In this document: piece after piece, positions 11,946-25,599 of the stretch | Layout: each line of letters starts with the position of its first letter | Numbering within the stretch: the first letter of the stretch is position 1 | Assembly (NCBI GenBank): GCA_950097015.1 | Contig: CATNEN010000035.1 | Location: 1,364,001-1,428,000, forward strand | Source of the DNA: Macrostomum hystrix | Taxonomy: Eukaryota; Animalia; Platyhelminthes | Length of the DNA stretch: 64,000 nucleotides | Direction of reading: 5' to 3' | Notes under the pieces: model-generated | What the model saw: only the letters and a program-made list of their open reading frames with translations | What the model was told of the DNA's origin: nothing | Database searches by the model: none | Position numbers and translations under genes: made by a program

Positions 11946-12857
11946 TTTGCTGCGGTAATCAATCCAGATTTTTTCGGTAGTTTAACTTCCGCACCAAAAC
12001 AAAAACTACGATGCGGTTAAAAAAATCATCCGATTCCTACAGACCAAAGGAAACTTGTGGATAATGAAATCAGACTTCCATCCCCTTCTTCCCCTTCCGT
12101 TAGCAATAAAATAACCTTTTTTCATAGATCTTTCTGTCTAGAGTTGCGATTGAGCCAGAAGTTCATCGCTGCGGGTTCATTGCAAAGGAATATCGAGAGC
12201 CATTTTCCTGTCGATTTGCATAAATTGAGCAGCCATTCAATCCGCCAAGCTATGAATTATGAGCTTCAATTCTCAGATTCTGCTTTTGTAGAAGCAGAAG
12301 TTAAAGATCTAATTAACTCTTTGCGCGCCAGTTTCTCTGTGCCAGGCAAAAGTAAGCAGTTTTCATTCCATACACTGGCCAGTCTTGTCTTGTGCTCAGG
12401 GACAGAGCGGGTTGGTTGTGGCACAGTTGTCTTCCGCCTGGATGGAACTTCTGGCTCGCCGCCTCCGCAATCTAGTGCTGCTCTACTGGGCCCAGTTTGC
12501 GGTTGGCAAGCAATCACGGCAGACTTCACTGCACTTTCACCAGCCAAGAGGTTAGAGGCAAACACACTTCAACCTCGGCCAGATCAGAACTTCTCCGGGG
12601 GAAAGGGGAGGCTTTGCTTCCCCCCCCCCCGATTAGTAAAAATGAAGCTGAATAACTGACGGACCAACTGATCGATTCGAGAGCTCAATAAGCAGTCTCG
12701 CTATGTTGTGTATTTCGGATTTTTTCAGGACAAGACAGTGCCATTTCTGCCCTATAATCTGCGTCAGCAAAAGTACAAAGTAGGTCAAACAAAGATTATA
12801 CTTCAGGCGCAGATGGCGGCTTGTCTGTCCCAGCAGTTGCACTCTGCCTAATTAGCT

Positions 12858-13426
12858 TCACTTGGTCTCGGCTGACATTCTCTGCGCACCGAACGGGTCC
12901 TCGCAGTTTCGACTACGAGAGACAGTTCTTGAAGCACCAGCGTGTCCGGCGGCGGCAGCGGCGGCGGCGGCGGCAGCGGCTGCGGCTTTGCTACTGCAGC
13001 TGCTGCCACCGCCGCCACCGCCGCCGCCTCCGCCGCCGCCGCCTCCTCCACCGGGCACTCTGTCTGCTGGTGTCCGCAGCTGCAGTCGATAGGCCGGCGC
13101 GTCGCCGCCGCCGACGTCCCTTACGGGAGAGTTCCGGGCACCACGGCGATGACAGACGACGACGCAACGGCTGCCACGGCTGCTTCGGCAGGCCTGCATC
13201 ATGGTGCTGCGGAATGCCCGACGAAACTTCAACGACATCAGGTTGTAGAGAATCGGATTGACGATGGACGAGCCAAAGAATAGCAAGCCGGAGATGTGGA
13301 ACAGGTTCTGGTTGATCCAGGTAGCCACGCAGGATTGGCAGTATGCGTCCTTGGATACCACATCGGCCAGGATGCGGGACAGGTGAAATGGCGCGTAGCA
13401 GATGAAGAAGGCCAGAACAATGCCGA
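12858..13426 (-). CDS. Neuropeptide GPCR (NMU/PRXamide-receptor-like), exon 3/3: TM6-TM7 and Gly/Ala-rich tail
   Basis: Acceptor cccacag|TC at 13426 (phase 1). Encodes VGIVLAFFICYAPFHLSR...NPILYNLMSLKFRRAF; stop at 12858. Confidence 0.9.
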
Positions 13427-14525
13427 CTGTGGGCGAGAGTGAGAGCGGAGTGGCGAGAAAAATGCAAAAAAAGCAAAACACGTACCTCCGCATTGTGGTT
13501 AAGGACAGACCGGGCCGTTGTGACGGAAGTAACAGCGAAGGAATTCAGGACCGACTCTAGGAATCTACTTGCCCCCTCTCCGCTATTCAGTTTCACCTCG
13601 TCCCCGCCTTGGTTAAAACGCAGCCATTTTTTCTAGTTCATCAGCTTCTGTCAGGTCAGACCGACGGTTGGGAACTAAATGTCCCGAAAGAATCCCCAAG
13701 TACCGCCACACGCGATTCTCCACCGTTCGTCTCCTGTGTGCCATCCTCTCCTCCTACTGCCGCCTCCTCCGTGCAATCCGAACTCTCCCTTATTAACAGG
13801 GAACGAGAAAGGAATGATGGAACATCAAGATTGAAGGCAAAATATACGTCTTGGCTTCTATTCCAGACAGACTAGTGCTTCGCCCTGTTGCTGATTTCGC
13901 CCGCTTGTTCCAGTGAAAGGTATCAAGAAAAAAGAGCAAAAAGGCTCCTATTTAGAGTGGGCAGGCATTCTAATGGAAATGGCAACATGAGAGTGTGTTT
14001 TGATGAGAAGACAGCCTTATCTTTATCTGGCTTTGAGGGCTTGATTTGGAGTATACGTTTTCTAGGAATCAGATGGCTTCCACGTCACCCACCCGCATCC
14101 TCCGATGCTTAACCTGGCGATGGCCGTCTTTCGTCACCCTGCCCCGCAATCCGTTCATCCCCACGAGGCTGTGCAGTGTGCTCTGGTGTTTCTCGTCTAC
14201 CAAGCCACTCTGCCAGGACTGCTTCCCAGGCTAGCAGGATTTGCTGTGAGAGAAAATAATCAACGATTTTTTCTACTGATTTCTTCTAGAAGTATATGAC
14301 GAATGTTCGGTTCCCGCTCAGCCTGCGTCTTGAATTGCAGCTATTTGTTTTGCTGGTGGAGGCATTTCAGCGACAACTTACTCCTGTTTGAGTCCGATCT
14401 TGAGTACACTCACTTTAACACGCCGTCAAGATTAATCTATAGGTAAGCAATGCAGCAATCCAGCGTTTGGTCTCTGGACAGGCTTCGATTGTTGGCAATC
14501 ATTAATTTGACTGGAAAGAACTTAC

Positions 14526-14820
14526 CCAGTAGTTTTAGCAGAGTTTTCCTGCCCTGAGCTTTCTGCACCGCTCGCCTGTCAAAGCTGGCATTGCTGTGGC
14601 CAGAACCGGCCGAGCCTTTGCGCTGCTTTAGCGATCGATGAACCGCGGTGCCGATGCGCACGTACATATAAAGAATGACGATCATCGGACAGACGAACAG
14701 GAGTAGAGAGGACACCAGGAATGAATAAGCGATACGCTTTGGCTTCACCACTTCGCAGATGCGGGAACTCTCCAGCACTCTGGCGCTAAACTGGGTCGCA
14801 GTGTCGTTTCGCACCAGCAC
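14526..14820 (-). CDS. Neuropeptide GPCR, exon 2/3: ECL2, TM5, ICL3
   Basis: Boundaries tcattcag|GTG and CTGG|gtaag. Encodes SFLVSSLLLFVCPMIVILYMYVRIG...RKTLLKLL. Confidence 0.9.
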
Positions 14821-15481
14821 CTGAATGAGATTATTGCATATTAAAATTTTGTATTTGGTCTAATGTTATTTTAGTATTGTTGGGTTCCAATAAGAGTACA
14901 GTTGAATTTTCGCTGATACTCCTAAGTGGTGGCAGCGATGGGATAATACGAGCGTAGCCATAACTCTATTGTGCTGCGAGAATTCCTTATCTTACTTTCA
15001 TTTCATTTACTGTCTCAGCTAAGTATGTCGTACATTACGAAGTGCTAAAAGTCTAGTGGTTTGTCAATTGTCAAAAAGAAACCTTTTTTTCTTACTAAAC
15101 TAAGCCTCCCTCTTTCTGCATCCCGCCTGTTCTTGCGAGGGACGCTCGCTCACCCAGTAGCGAAATGTAGAGAACGGTTTTTTTCTATTTCTAAATTATT
15201 AACCAACTGGTTGGGAATGGCATAAGAAAAAACGCTTGTCAGATGTCTATCAGAATGCTGTTATATTGGAAGCATACAGGGTAAATAATTCTGCAATATA
15301 ACACTGACTATACTTAAATTGATGGTTCCACAGAATCCATTCTTTAATAGACAGAGTTTGGCAGTTGAAACATGTACCGTTTAAAGTCTAATGACTTCTC
15401 AGCTCTGCTTCTTAAGTTTGATTTTATGACGGGGCCAAAATAGGATAGTTTTAAACGTGATTCAGAGACGAAACAAATCAC

Positions 15482-16012
15482 CTCAAATCCAAGCTGCGAG
15501 CTCATGACAGCCGACAGGCAGGCCGACGCCACCCAGATGCCGGCGATGATCTTCACTGGCCTGGACAGACCGCGACCTCGACGCACCTTCATCGGATGGC
15601 AGATAGCCAAGTAGCGCTCGGCAGTCAGAGCAGTGACTGTCAGCGTGGAACAATAGGTGCACATCTCAGCAAGGAAACCGGAGCCGACGCAGATGATGAG
15701 GCTGTCAGGAAACGGGTACCGGTGCCAATGTGTCAGCAGCTCGTAGGGCAGCCGAGAGACCAGCACGACCAAATCTGAGACACTCAAGTTGAACAGATAG
15801 CAGTTTGTCGCCGTCCGCATGAACTGGGTGCGCGCGATCACCAGACAGGTGATCAAATTGCCGAAGCAGCCCAGGGCAAAGATGACAGCCAGTGCGCCAG
15901 TCAGGGCGGCAAGCTGAGGCGGTGTGTAGGTAGCCGGTAGGCCCCACTGCTGCTCGATGCACTCCTTATCCGTTGCATTCTCATCGCAGGAGCACGATTG
16001 ATAAGAAATCAT
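15482..16012 (-). CDS. Neuropeptide GPCR, exon 1/3: TM1-TM4
   Basis: Motifs GNLITCLVI, MRTATNCYLFNLSVSDL and TALTAERYLAICHP match the class A NMU/capa/pyrokinin receptor type; donor GAG|gtgatt. The ATG at 16012 is assumed and an upstream exon is possible. Confidence 0.88.
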
Positions 16013-16744
16013 TAGACACTCAGCTGCCGATACCACAATCTAAGACACTGAATTGCAAGGGAAAAGCTATCCACTGCGTCACTCACAAGCACAATGCGCC
16101 TTCTCACACAAATCGTCTCTTTTTAGCCCTTTTTCGCGGAGATGCGTTGAGGTCCATTTTGATTCCCTTCAGTTCTGACAGCCAATGAGGAAGGCCAGGG
16201 AGCAGAGGATGGGGAGAAAGTGGGATAAAAGGGAGGGGGAATTCATGGTAAAAGCGCCACGGCCAGCTGGACCCCAGTTCGCCAAAAAAAATCTGGGTTC
16301 GGAAATATTTTCAAATATCCGCTCACTTTTCCTTGCTTGAGCATGCATTATTTTTCACTCTGCTATACTCCGCTTTCTCTTTCAGGCTTCAGTGAGCTGA
16401 GACTGCTGCTATGTAAAAAGGGCCTAAGGAGAAGGGGTGCTGCGGAGAAAATTCTGCATTGTCCAGCTGGACCTCCACTTCATCGTTTCTTAATGTTCCC
16501 TCCTGCGCAGCTCACTTAATCTCCCATCTTCTCTCGAGACCTCGTCCCTCTAGTCGAGCGGATGCAAGTTACAAGACTCATTACTCAACTATCCAGATCA
16601 ACCCGATAATTTTACGCTAGTCATTATAACAATAATACCGTAGCCGAACTTTTTCGCTTTGTAGTGACGTTTTGCCTCAGTGCCTCATATTATGTGTCCG
16701 TGTCTCTGGTGTCTTGACTTCAGTCTCTGATGTTTTGTCATCAA

Positions 16745-17270
16745 TGATCTCACTGATGTTTCGTCTTCAATCTCTCTGACGTCTTGTCTTCAATCCCTGT
16801 GACGTCTTGTCTTCAATCCCTGTGACGTTTCGTCTTCAATCTCTCTGACGTCTTGTCTTCAATCTCTCTGACGTTTAGTCTTCAATCTCTCCGACGTCTT
16901 GCCTTCAATCCCTGTGACGTTTCGTCTTCAATCTCTCTGACGTCTTGTCTTCAATCTCTCTGACGTTTAGTCTTCAATCTCTCCGACGTCTTGTCTTCAA
17001 TCCCTGTGACGTCTTGTCTTCAATCCCTGTGACGTTTCGTCTTCAATCTCTCTGACGTCTTGTCTTCAATCTCTCTGGCGTTTAGTCTTCAATCTCTCCG
17101 ACGTCTTGCCTTCAATCCCTGTGACGTTTCGTCTTCAATCTCTCTGACGTCTTGTCTTCAATCTCTCTGACGTTTAGTCTTCAATCTCTCCGACGTCTTG
17201 TCTTCAATCCCTGTGACGTTTCGTCTTCAATCTCTCTGACGTCTTGCCTTCAATCCCATTGACGTTTCGT
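16745..17270. repeat. 23-bp minisatellite (TGACGTCTTGTCTTCAATCTCTC)
   Basis: Visible tandem units with patterned variants. Confidence 0.93.
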
Positions 17271-19184
17271 CAGAGTCCTTGTAAAATAAGACCCAATTTC
17301 ATGGTACTAAATTAGTTTTATTTATTTCTATAGAAACACAACTAGTAGACAGCATGAAAGAATGTGAAAATCGATGTCACACCACCACTTTTGAAGTAAT
17401 GACGAACTAAGCACTAGGAAAAAAGCATGGGCAAGACGAACTAGTTCATAAAATTATCCCATATTCCGCTTTTAGTCAGTCCGTCCTTTATCTTTCTCTG
17501 GTAGCCCTCAAGCAAAGGCATACGATACCTTGTCTGTGTAAGAACACTCTAAGAGATATCTATGGATGATCTAAGATTCATCCATAGATTAAAGAATGAA
17601 TTCCGTGGCATTTTACGAGTCTATGATAATTTCCCAACCACATATAGCTAACATTATAAAAATATCAATAAGTACCTTCTAAGCAATTCCGGATCTATTG
17701 GTTGTTCAATTTTACCAGTCTACACTAGTACAAGTAACTTGACAGTAGAAAGACCAAACTATTTCCCATTGGGAAATAACACTGCCTACTTCACGATAGC
17801 TCCCAAACCGAATGACCGATTTTTGTAAAAATCCATCATATGGATAAAAATATCCCACCCTTTACGATGAACTATTCATCAAAGCTGTCCGAGTCAGCAT
17901 TGTCGAGATGTTCAGCGATCTTCGATTCTTGTCGAAGACCTTGGTGTCAAGGACAACAAAGATTGCTCTCAATAAACCTCAATGGCAAGTCCATAGGGAA
18001 AGCAGCCGTATTTGAGATCCCAATCGGGTGCTCTTGTTGATGGTCCCGACGGTCGCCGCCGATGCTCCAGACGGCGATGAAGGGGACGGTTTTTGCCACC
18101 AGACACCCCTGACGAGAATCGTTGAATATCTCAACGATGCCGGTGTTTTGTGATTCTAGAAGTTCTTTCATCGGATGGCGTGAAAAAATTAGCCCGTGTT
18201 CTGGAAAAAAATATGGTATTTGAAATGCCTCGTGTTCTTTCAACAGTTATGGAACAAAAGACCAGTTTTTAATTCCATATCTTTACTCTCTCAAGTATAT
18301 CATAACGCTTTTAGTGTTTTTTCTATGGTTACAAGTAAAAAATTTTTTCCAAAAGGAAGTTTAACTTGACCTAAGTTGAAATAAACTTATAGTAAGAGCC
18401 TGGCTACTTAAAGTAGAACGTAATGAAAAAGGAGTAAAAATGTATTCAAGAAAAAAAGTAGTGAAACAGCTAACACCAAAGTCTACCAATTATAACTGAA
18501 ATTCAATGGCAAAGCGATTCGATCGATGGTCGGTGGAAGCGAACAAATCAGTCGACTAACCAGCCGTGACAGCCAGCGTGTCTGCAGACTCATGGTCCGT
18601 GTGCGTAGCTAAACAGCTACTTTTTTGTCAGTGTCTCTGTGGGCCAGCAATCACGAAGGCCACTCACTGAGCAATGTCTTGATGCATTATGCAGCACAAT
18701 CAAGCACGCTAGGCTTTTTTTCTTCATCTGTACTAATTTTTGTTTTACTAGATCTAATTATGAATCTTTCAATATGTAGTACAAGTGACTGCGTCAGGTG
18801 AGGAGGCTCATGTCCCCGCCCACTTAATTGCAGAGAGTGAAAACCGCCAGCAACTTTAGCTGGACGCGAGCGTTGAAACGAAGAGAAAGATATTTCCTTG
18901 TTTCCTGGTTTTAAGTGATGGGAACAATGAACTGTTGGACAACAAAAGCAAGACAACTATTTTTTGTTTACATTTGTTGAGTCTGGTCGCTTAGTGCGGG
19001 TGCCAACTTAGTGTGAAAACATTATGGCCGATTGGAAACCGATGAGTGGAGGGCTGGGAGAGAAGAGAAAATAGAGGGGAGTAGGCACGGGGGAGACGGA
19101 AAAGAGGAGAAGGCAGAGGGGAGAGAGGAGAGGGGAGAGGACAATGGGGAGGGAGAGGGGCAGATGGAAGAAGGCAGAGTGGAG

Positions 19185-19330
19185 ATAACAGAGAGGAGAG
19201 AGGAGGGCAGAGGGCAGAGGGGATAGGGGAGAGGGAAGAGGGGAGAGGGCAGAGGGGAGAGGGCAGAGGGGAGAGGGCAGAGGGGAGAGGGCAGAGGGGA
19301 GAGGGGAGAGGGCAGAGGGGAGAGGGCAGA
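19185..19330. repeat. 14-bp purine repeat (GGGGAGAGGGCAGA)
   Basis: Visible tandem units. Confidence 0.85.
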
Positions 19331-20039
19331 GGTAGTGTACTATCAATAATCTACATTGTGTATCTGATGGGCTGTCTAAGAAAGTTATAAAATTGATCAA
19401 CTTTCACAAATATTCTTGCCTTGGGGTTGGCAAACTTTATGCCCCAAATTCATTTTTCCCGGCCGACGTTTAAACCGAAGCACATTCCCCCTTTAAAGAG
19501 GCCTGGTGCGTCTTGACAACGATTCGCCATAAGCTTCGAAAATTGGCCCTCACTTTCAGCCTCCCTTCAGCCGTATTCCCTGACACTAAAGCAACCCCAA
19601 AACCCGGTCTCTCAGCACATCTCATCAACTGCTGCAACCTGTTAACAAAACTGTTCCCTAGGGAGATCGCCGCCGATCGTTCAGTCGGTCTCGGATCCTT
19701 CTTAAGGAAGTTTCTCAGCTGTCTCTAGTTTTTCATTAAACTAGGAGAGAGCAGATGGCCCAGCTGCTGGCCCGACTTTTTTGGTCCATAGATTGGGCGC
19801 AGTTGAATCTCTCTGTCTCTCATCTGCTTCCTAAATCTCGGAGTCGAGCTGCGGCAGTTAATCACGCCGAACCTTTCCCTGCGCCTCATTGCTCATCATT
19901 GTGTGAGCAGCACTGCTCAAACAACTACTGAACTGCTGAGCACTAATGTTGGGAAGTCAAGTTGAGGGTAGGTAAAACAATTGAAAGCTTGAAAAGCAAC
20001 TTCAGTTTACACATTTCTAATTTGTTGGCAACGGTGGTA

Positions 20040-20905
20040 GAGTAGAGTAGGCACTGAGATTCTCGAAAGTAGTCAAGGTAGAGTAGGCACTGAGATTCTC
20101 GAAAGTAGTCAAGGTAGAGTAGACACTGAGATTATCAGAAGTAGTCAAGGTAGAGTAGGCACTGAGATTATCAGAAGTAGTCAAGGTAGAGTAGGCACTG
20201 AGATTATCAGAAGTAGTCAAGGTAGAGTAGGCACTGAGATTCTCGGAAGTAGTCAAGGTAGAGTAGGCACTGAGATTCTCGGAAGTAGTCAAGGTAGAGT
20301 AGGCACTGAGATTATCAGAAGTAGTCAAGGTAGAGTAGGCACTGAGATTCTCGGAAGTAGTCAAGGTAGAGTAGGCACTGAGATTCTCGGAAGTAGTCAA
20401 GGTAGAGTAGGCACTGAGATTATCAGAAGCAGTCAAGGTAGAGTAGGCACTGAGATTATCAGAAGTAGTCAAGGTAGAGTAGGCACTGAGATTCTCGGAA
20501 GTAGTCAAGGTAGAGTAGGCACTGAGATTATCAGAAGCAGTCAAGGTAGAGTAGGCACTGAGATTATCAGAAGCAGTCAAGGTAGAGTAGGCACTGAGAT
20601 TATCAGAAGTAGTCAAGGTAGAGTAGGCACTGAGATTCTCGGAAGTAGTCAAGGTAGAGTAGGCACTGAGATTCTCGGAAGTAGTCAAGGTAGAGTAGGC
20701 ACTGAGATTATCAGAAGTAGTCAAGGTAGAGTAGACACTGAGATTCTCGGAAGTAGTCAAGGTAGAGTAGGCACTGAGATTCTCGGAAGTAGTCAAGGTA
20801 GAGTAGGCACTGAGATTATCAGAAGTAGTCAAGGTAGAGTAGGCACTGAGATTCTCGGAAGTAGTCAAGGTAGAGTAGGCACTGAGATTATCAGAAGTAG
20901 TCAAA
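20040..20905. repeat. 36-bp minisatellite (GTAGTCAAGGTAGAGTAGGCACTGAGATTCTCGGAA), ~24 copies
   Basis: Visible tandem units in two variants, ATTCTCGGAA and ATTATCAGAA. Confidence 0.96.
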
Positions 20906-22019
20906 CCTGAGATAATAGCTCTACAATGGAGGAAACACGAGTGCTATAGTCAGTTAGGAAGGAACAATTGCTCCTCTTGTGAGGCATACCAGGCTATGAA
21001 AAATTGGCATTTTTTCTGTAGCTGATTGTCTAGCAGCAAACTGCGCTGGTCAGCTGTTTTTTTCTGGCTTTTTTAACTCACAGACAGGACTGATTGTGGA
21101 CTGGAGCCGGTGGAATTCTAATCAACTAGGAATTATAGCAATGTGACAGTCAACTAGGGGCAATGGGCAGACTTTTTTTAGAGGAAAAAAACACAGTCTC
21201 CCATCAGTGCTAGGAGATTAATTTATTATTAATTAGGCCAAGTTGGAGCGGTAAATTCAACAGTGGCTGGTTTGGGGTGGGTGAAAGTCAGGGGGAGTAG
21301 AGGAGAGGAGAGGAGAGACGCTCATTTTTATTTCCTATAAAAAAACGATTGAAATCGCGCAGCCAACTTCTGTTGCGAATTACAAAATTTCCGTGCGATA
21401 GAAAAATAATTATTGAAATTTCAGCACACGAAGTCGACAAGTCTGAATTCTTGAACACACGGCCACTCACCGCGCACTCCAACTGCAGTCTTACCAGTGG
21501 TCCAAGCCGACACGAGCCTCTTTTAGTTTGCCAACCAACCCGAAAGCGGCTAGCTCGACTCGAAGGCAAAACAGACAAGAAAAAGAGAACGAGAGGAAAT
21601 AGAGAAAGCACGATTCTTGCTAGCCGGGAAGCCAACTCAAAGCCACACAAGAAGAAATTCAAAAGAAGAATAAACTATTTTTTTCTGAATCTTCAAGCAA
21701 TCAACCATGTTAAAGAGATCTACTCGGCTTCTGTGGCTACAGCTGGTCGTTCTGTCAGCTGTCTACTTTCCAAGCATAGCAATCAATGCCGGTAAGTCGC
21801 AAATGTTTGATGGCAGTGAATAGTCAAAAGACCCTCAGGTCGAGCCTTTGAATTCCTGAGCCAACTGACTGATATCCACTCTCTGTTTGATTTTTTATCG
21901 ATTGATGATTCCGGCTTTGTCCGTGCAGTTGATTCTCTCTGGTGTATTTTTTACCGCAGGCTAGAGAAACTCGTCCAGCACCTGACCTCACATTCAAAAA
22001 CAGAATCAATTAAGAGATC

Positions 22020-23745
22020 AGGGGAGAGATTAGACTAGGGAAAGATGAGACAGATAAGAGATGAGATGAGGAGACATGAGACAGGGAATAGGTGAGATAG
22101 GGGAGAGATAAGAAAGGGGAGAGATGGGATAGGGGAGAGATAAGAGAGGAGAGAGATGAGAAAGGGTATAGATAAGACAGGGTAGAAATGAGACGGGGTA
22201 GATATGAGACGGGGTAGAGTTGAGAAAGGGGAGAGATGAGACAGGGGAGAGATAAGACAGGGTAGATATGACACAGGGAAGAGATGAGACAGGGGAGAGA
22301 TAAGACAGGGGAGAGATAAGACAGGGGAGAGATGAGACAGGGGAGAGATGAGACAGGGGAGAGATAAGACAGGGTAGAGATGAGACAGGGTAGAGATGAG
22401 ACAGGGGAGAGATAAGACAGGGTAGAGATGAGACAGGGTAGAGAAGAGACAGGGTAGAGAAGAGACAGGGTAGAGAAGAGACAGGGTAGAGAAGAGGCAG
22501 GGTAGAGAAGAGGCAGGGGAGAGATGAGACATGGTAGAGATGAGGCAGGGTAGAGAAGAGACATAAGAGAGAAGAGACAGGGTAGAGAAGAGACAGGGTA
22601 GAGAAGAGACAGGGTAGAGAAGAGGCAGGGTAGAGAAGAGGCAGGGGAGAGATGAGACATGGTAGAGATGAGGCAGGGTAGAGAAGAGACATATGAGAGA
22701 AGAGACAGGGTAGAGAAGAGACATAAGAGAGAAGAGACAGGGTAGAGAAGAGACATAAGAGAGAAGAGACAGGGTAGAGAAGAGACAGGGTAAAGAAGAG
22801 ACAGGGTAAATATGAGACAGGGTAGAGAAGAGACAGGGGAGAGAAGAGACGGGAGAGATGAGACGGGAGAGATGAGACGGGGTAGAGATGAGGTACAAAA
22901 GAAGAGGTGTACAAAAGACAGGGTAGAGAAGAGGCAGCGGAGAGATGAGACATGGTAGAGATGAGGCAGGGTAGAGAAGAGACATAAGAGAGAAGAGACA
23001 GGGTAGAGAAGAGACAGGGTAAAGAAGAGACAGGGTAAATATGAGACAGGGTAGAGAAGAGACAGGGGAGAGAAGAGACGGGAGAGATGAGACGGGAGAG
23101 ATGAGACGGGGTAGAGATGAGGTACAAAAGAAGAGGTGTACAAAAGACAGGGTAGAGAAGAGGCAGCGGAGAGATGAGACATGGTAGAGATGAGGCAGGG
23201 TAGAGAAGAGACATAAGAGAGAAGAGACAGGGTAGAGAAGAGACATAAGAGAGAAGAGACAGGGTAGAGAAGAGACATAAGAGAGAAGAGACAGGGTAGA
23301 GAAGAGACAGGGTAGAGAAGAGACATAAGAGAGAAGAGACAGGGTAGAGAAGAGAAATAAGAGAGAAGAGACAGGGTAGAGAAGAGACATAAGAGAGAAG
23401 AGACAGGGTAGAGAAGAGACATAAGAGAGAAGAGACAGGGTAGAGAAGAGACATAAGAGAGAAGAGACAGGGTAGAGAAGAGACAGGGTAGAGAAGAGAC
23501 AGGGTAGAGAAGAGACATAAGAGAGAAGAGACAGGGTAGAGAAGAGACAGGGTAGAGAAGAGACAGGGTAGAGAAGAGACATAAGAGAGAAGAGACAGGG
23601 TAGAGAAGAGACATAAGAGAGAAGAGACAGGGTACAGATGAGACAAGGTAAAGAAGAGACAGGGTAAATATGAGACAGGGTAGAGAAGAGACAGGGGAGA
23701 GAAGAGACGGGAGAGATGAGACGGGAGAGATGAGGTACAAAAGAA
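22020..23745. repeat. 16-bp purine-rich minisatellite (GAGAAGAGACAGGGTA) with internal block duplications
   Basis: Visible tandem units; ORF periodicity of 16 aa. Confidence 0.94.
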
Positions 23746-24559
23746 GAGGGGTACAGAAGGAGGAGATTGTCTCCTTATATCTAGACTGTCACACTGCTGC
23801 TAAATTTCTAGCTGTTCTACTCTGTAGCTTGTAAAACAGCCCTTTTCCATAAGCGAGATCATTTGTGCTTTCGGCTCATGAGTCTGAATTAACCAGAGCA
23901 GAGCATTTATAGATCTGCAAATGATAATATTTGGCATTGATATTTCTAGGAAAACGAATGAGCAAAATTGACCGTCTATAAAACTCGCTACTTCCTACCA
24001 TCCGCTTCTGCATATATTAAAATATTTGCTCATCTTGTTTGTTGAAAACTATTTTTTCTAGCAAAAACTTCTGCGGAATTGCTTAGTGTAGACTTGGGAG
24101 AAGCAGATTTCCTCTATGAGACTGCCAAATAGGATTTCCCAGAACATTTCCTGCCTTCCCACACTGCCTTGTGTTTAACTTTCCTTTCGGTTTCAAAGTT
24201 GGGCCAAAGCCAGATGCCACCTGTTACTGTTCCCCACACAAAAAACTGCGCTGAGTCTGTCCCGTGTTTTTGGGAGGTCACTTCCCCCAGTCCTCTTCCA
24301 GTTCGTTTATTCCCCATCCTCTATTCCCATTACCTGTAACGGCTGCATCGATACTGAAGCACAGAAAGCACACAGCTTCACGCCGAGAACTCAGACAAGA
24401 AAAATCTGAGTAGGCGTTAGCAAGGAAGAGCTGTTGAAATTCTCTGCCTTTCTTACTATGAAAGTAGGTGGCTAAGTGTCCGATAATAAGCTTTCATTTT
24501 GTGTGCAACACCTCCGCTCACCATTACACTTCTTATATTAACTCACCTACCTGTAACTC

Positions 24560-25140
24560 ACCTGCCTGTAACTCAACTCGCTCTCCCTTCTCACTGTAAC
24601 TCTCCCATCTCTCTGTAACTCTCCTCTCTCGCTCTCTCTTCTGTCCCTAACTTTCCCATCTCTCTGTCTGTAACTCTCTCCTCTCTCTGTCTGTAACTCT
24701 CCTCTCTCTGTCTGTAACTCTCTCCTCTCTCTGTCTGTAACTCTCTCCTCTCTCTGTCTGTAACTCTCTCCTCTCTCTGTCTGTAACTCTCTCCTCTCTG
24801 TCTGTAACTCTCCCCTCTCTCTGTCTGTAACTCTCTCCTCACTCTGTCTGTAACTCTCTCCTCTCTCTGTCTGTAACTCTCTCCTCTCTCTGTCTGTAAC
24901 TCTCTCCTCTCTCTGTCTGCAACTCTCTCCTCTCTCTATCTGTAACTCTCTCCTCTCTCTGTCTGTAACTCTCTCCTCTCTCTGTCTGTAACTCTCTCCT
25001 CTCTCTGTCTGTAACTCTCTCCTCTCTCTGTCTGTAACTCTCTCCTCTCTCTGTCTGTAACTCTCCCCTCTCTCTGTCTGTAACTCTCTCCTCTCTCTGT
25101 CTGTAACTCTCTCCTCTCTCTGTCTGTAACTCTCTCCTCT
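24560..25140. repeat. 23-bp minisatellite (TGTCTGTAACTCTCTCCTCTCTC)
   Basis: Visible tandem units. Confidence 0.95.
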
Positions 25141-25599
25141 CGCTCTCAAAAGCTTTTCGAATTGATCTTAAAAATTGCACAGTGCAGTATAACAAGTGAC
25201 AACTGAGATTTTGAAAATACATTCTTGCTAACATGAGCAGGCTCTATAGGTCCTAAGCTTGACCCAAATGCACTAAGGAATTTCTCTATAGAAAAGCTGT
25301 CAATCGATGCCAATGAATCTTTCAATTTCATCTGTTGCTCCTCAATTTCGAGTAGAGATTTGCCAATCGATATTTTTTTCATTTAACTCTCTCGCACAAT
25401 GCGATAGTCGATAAAACAGGCAGACATTTGGATGTGACTAAGTTAGGCGTCTAAAAAAGTTCAATCAACTATCAGGGACAGCTAAAACCCTTTAGTGTTA
25501 GTTGCTTCAGTGGTTTAATTGCCCCAGTAAATTATTTTATGATAAAGTATACTTCAAAAAAAACAAAATTAACACTACGAGCTATTAAGGAGTGGTAAG

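Noticed and set aside
12057-12659. 200-aa plus-strand ORF downstream of the GPCR
   Set aside because: It has a non-ATG start, no recognisable domain and no splice pattern; likely UTR or intergenic.
16745-17270. Minus-strand TTGAAGA...GAAACGTC in the 23-bp array, resembling hammerhead core halves
   Set aside because: It lacks the conserved CUGA start and any helix II or helix I pairing.
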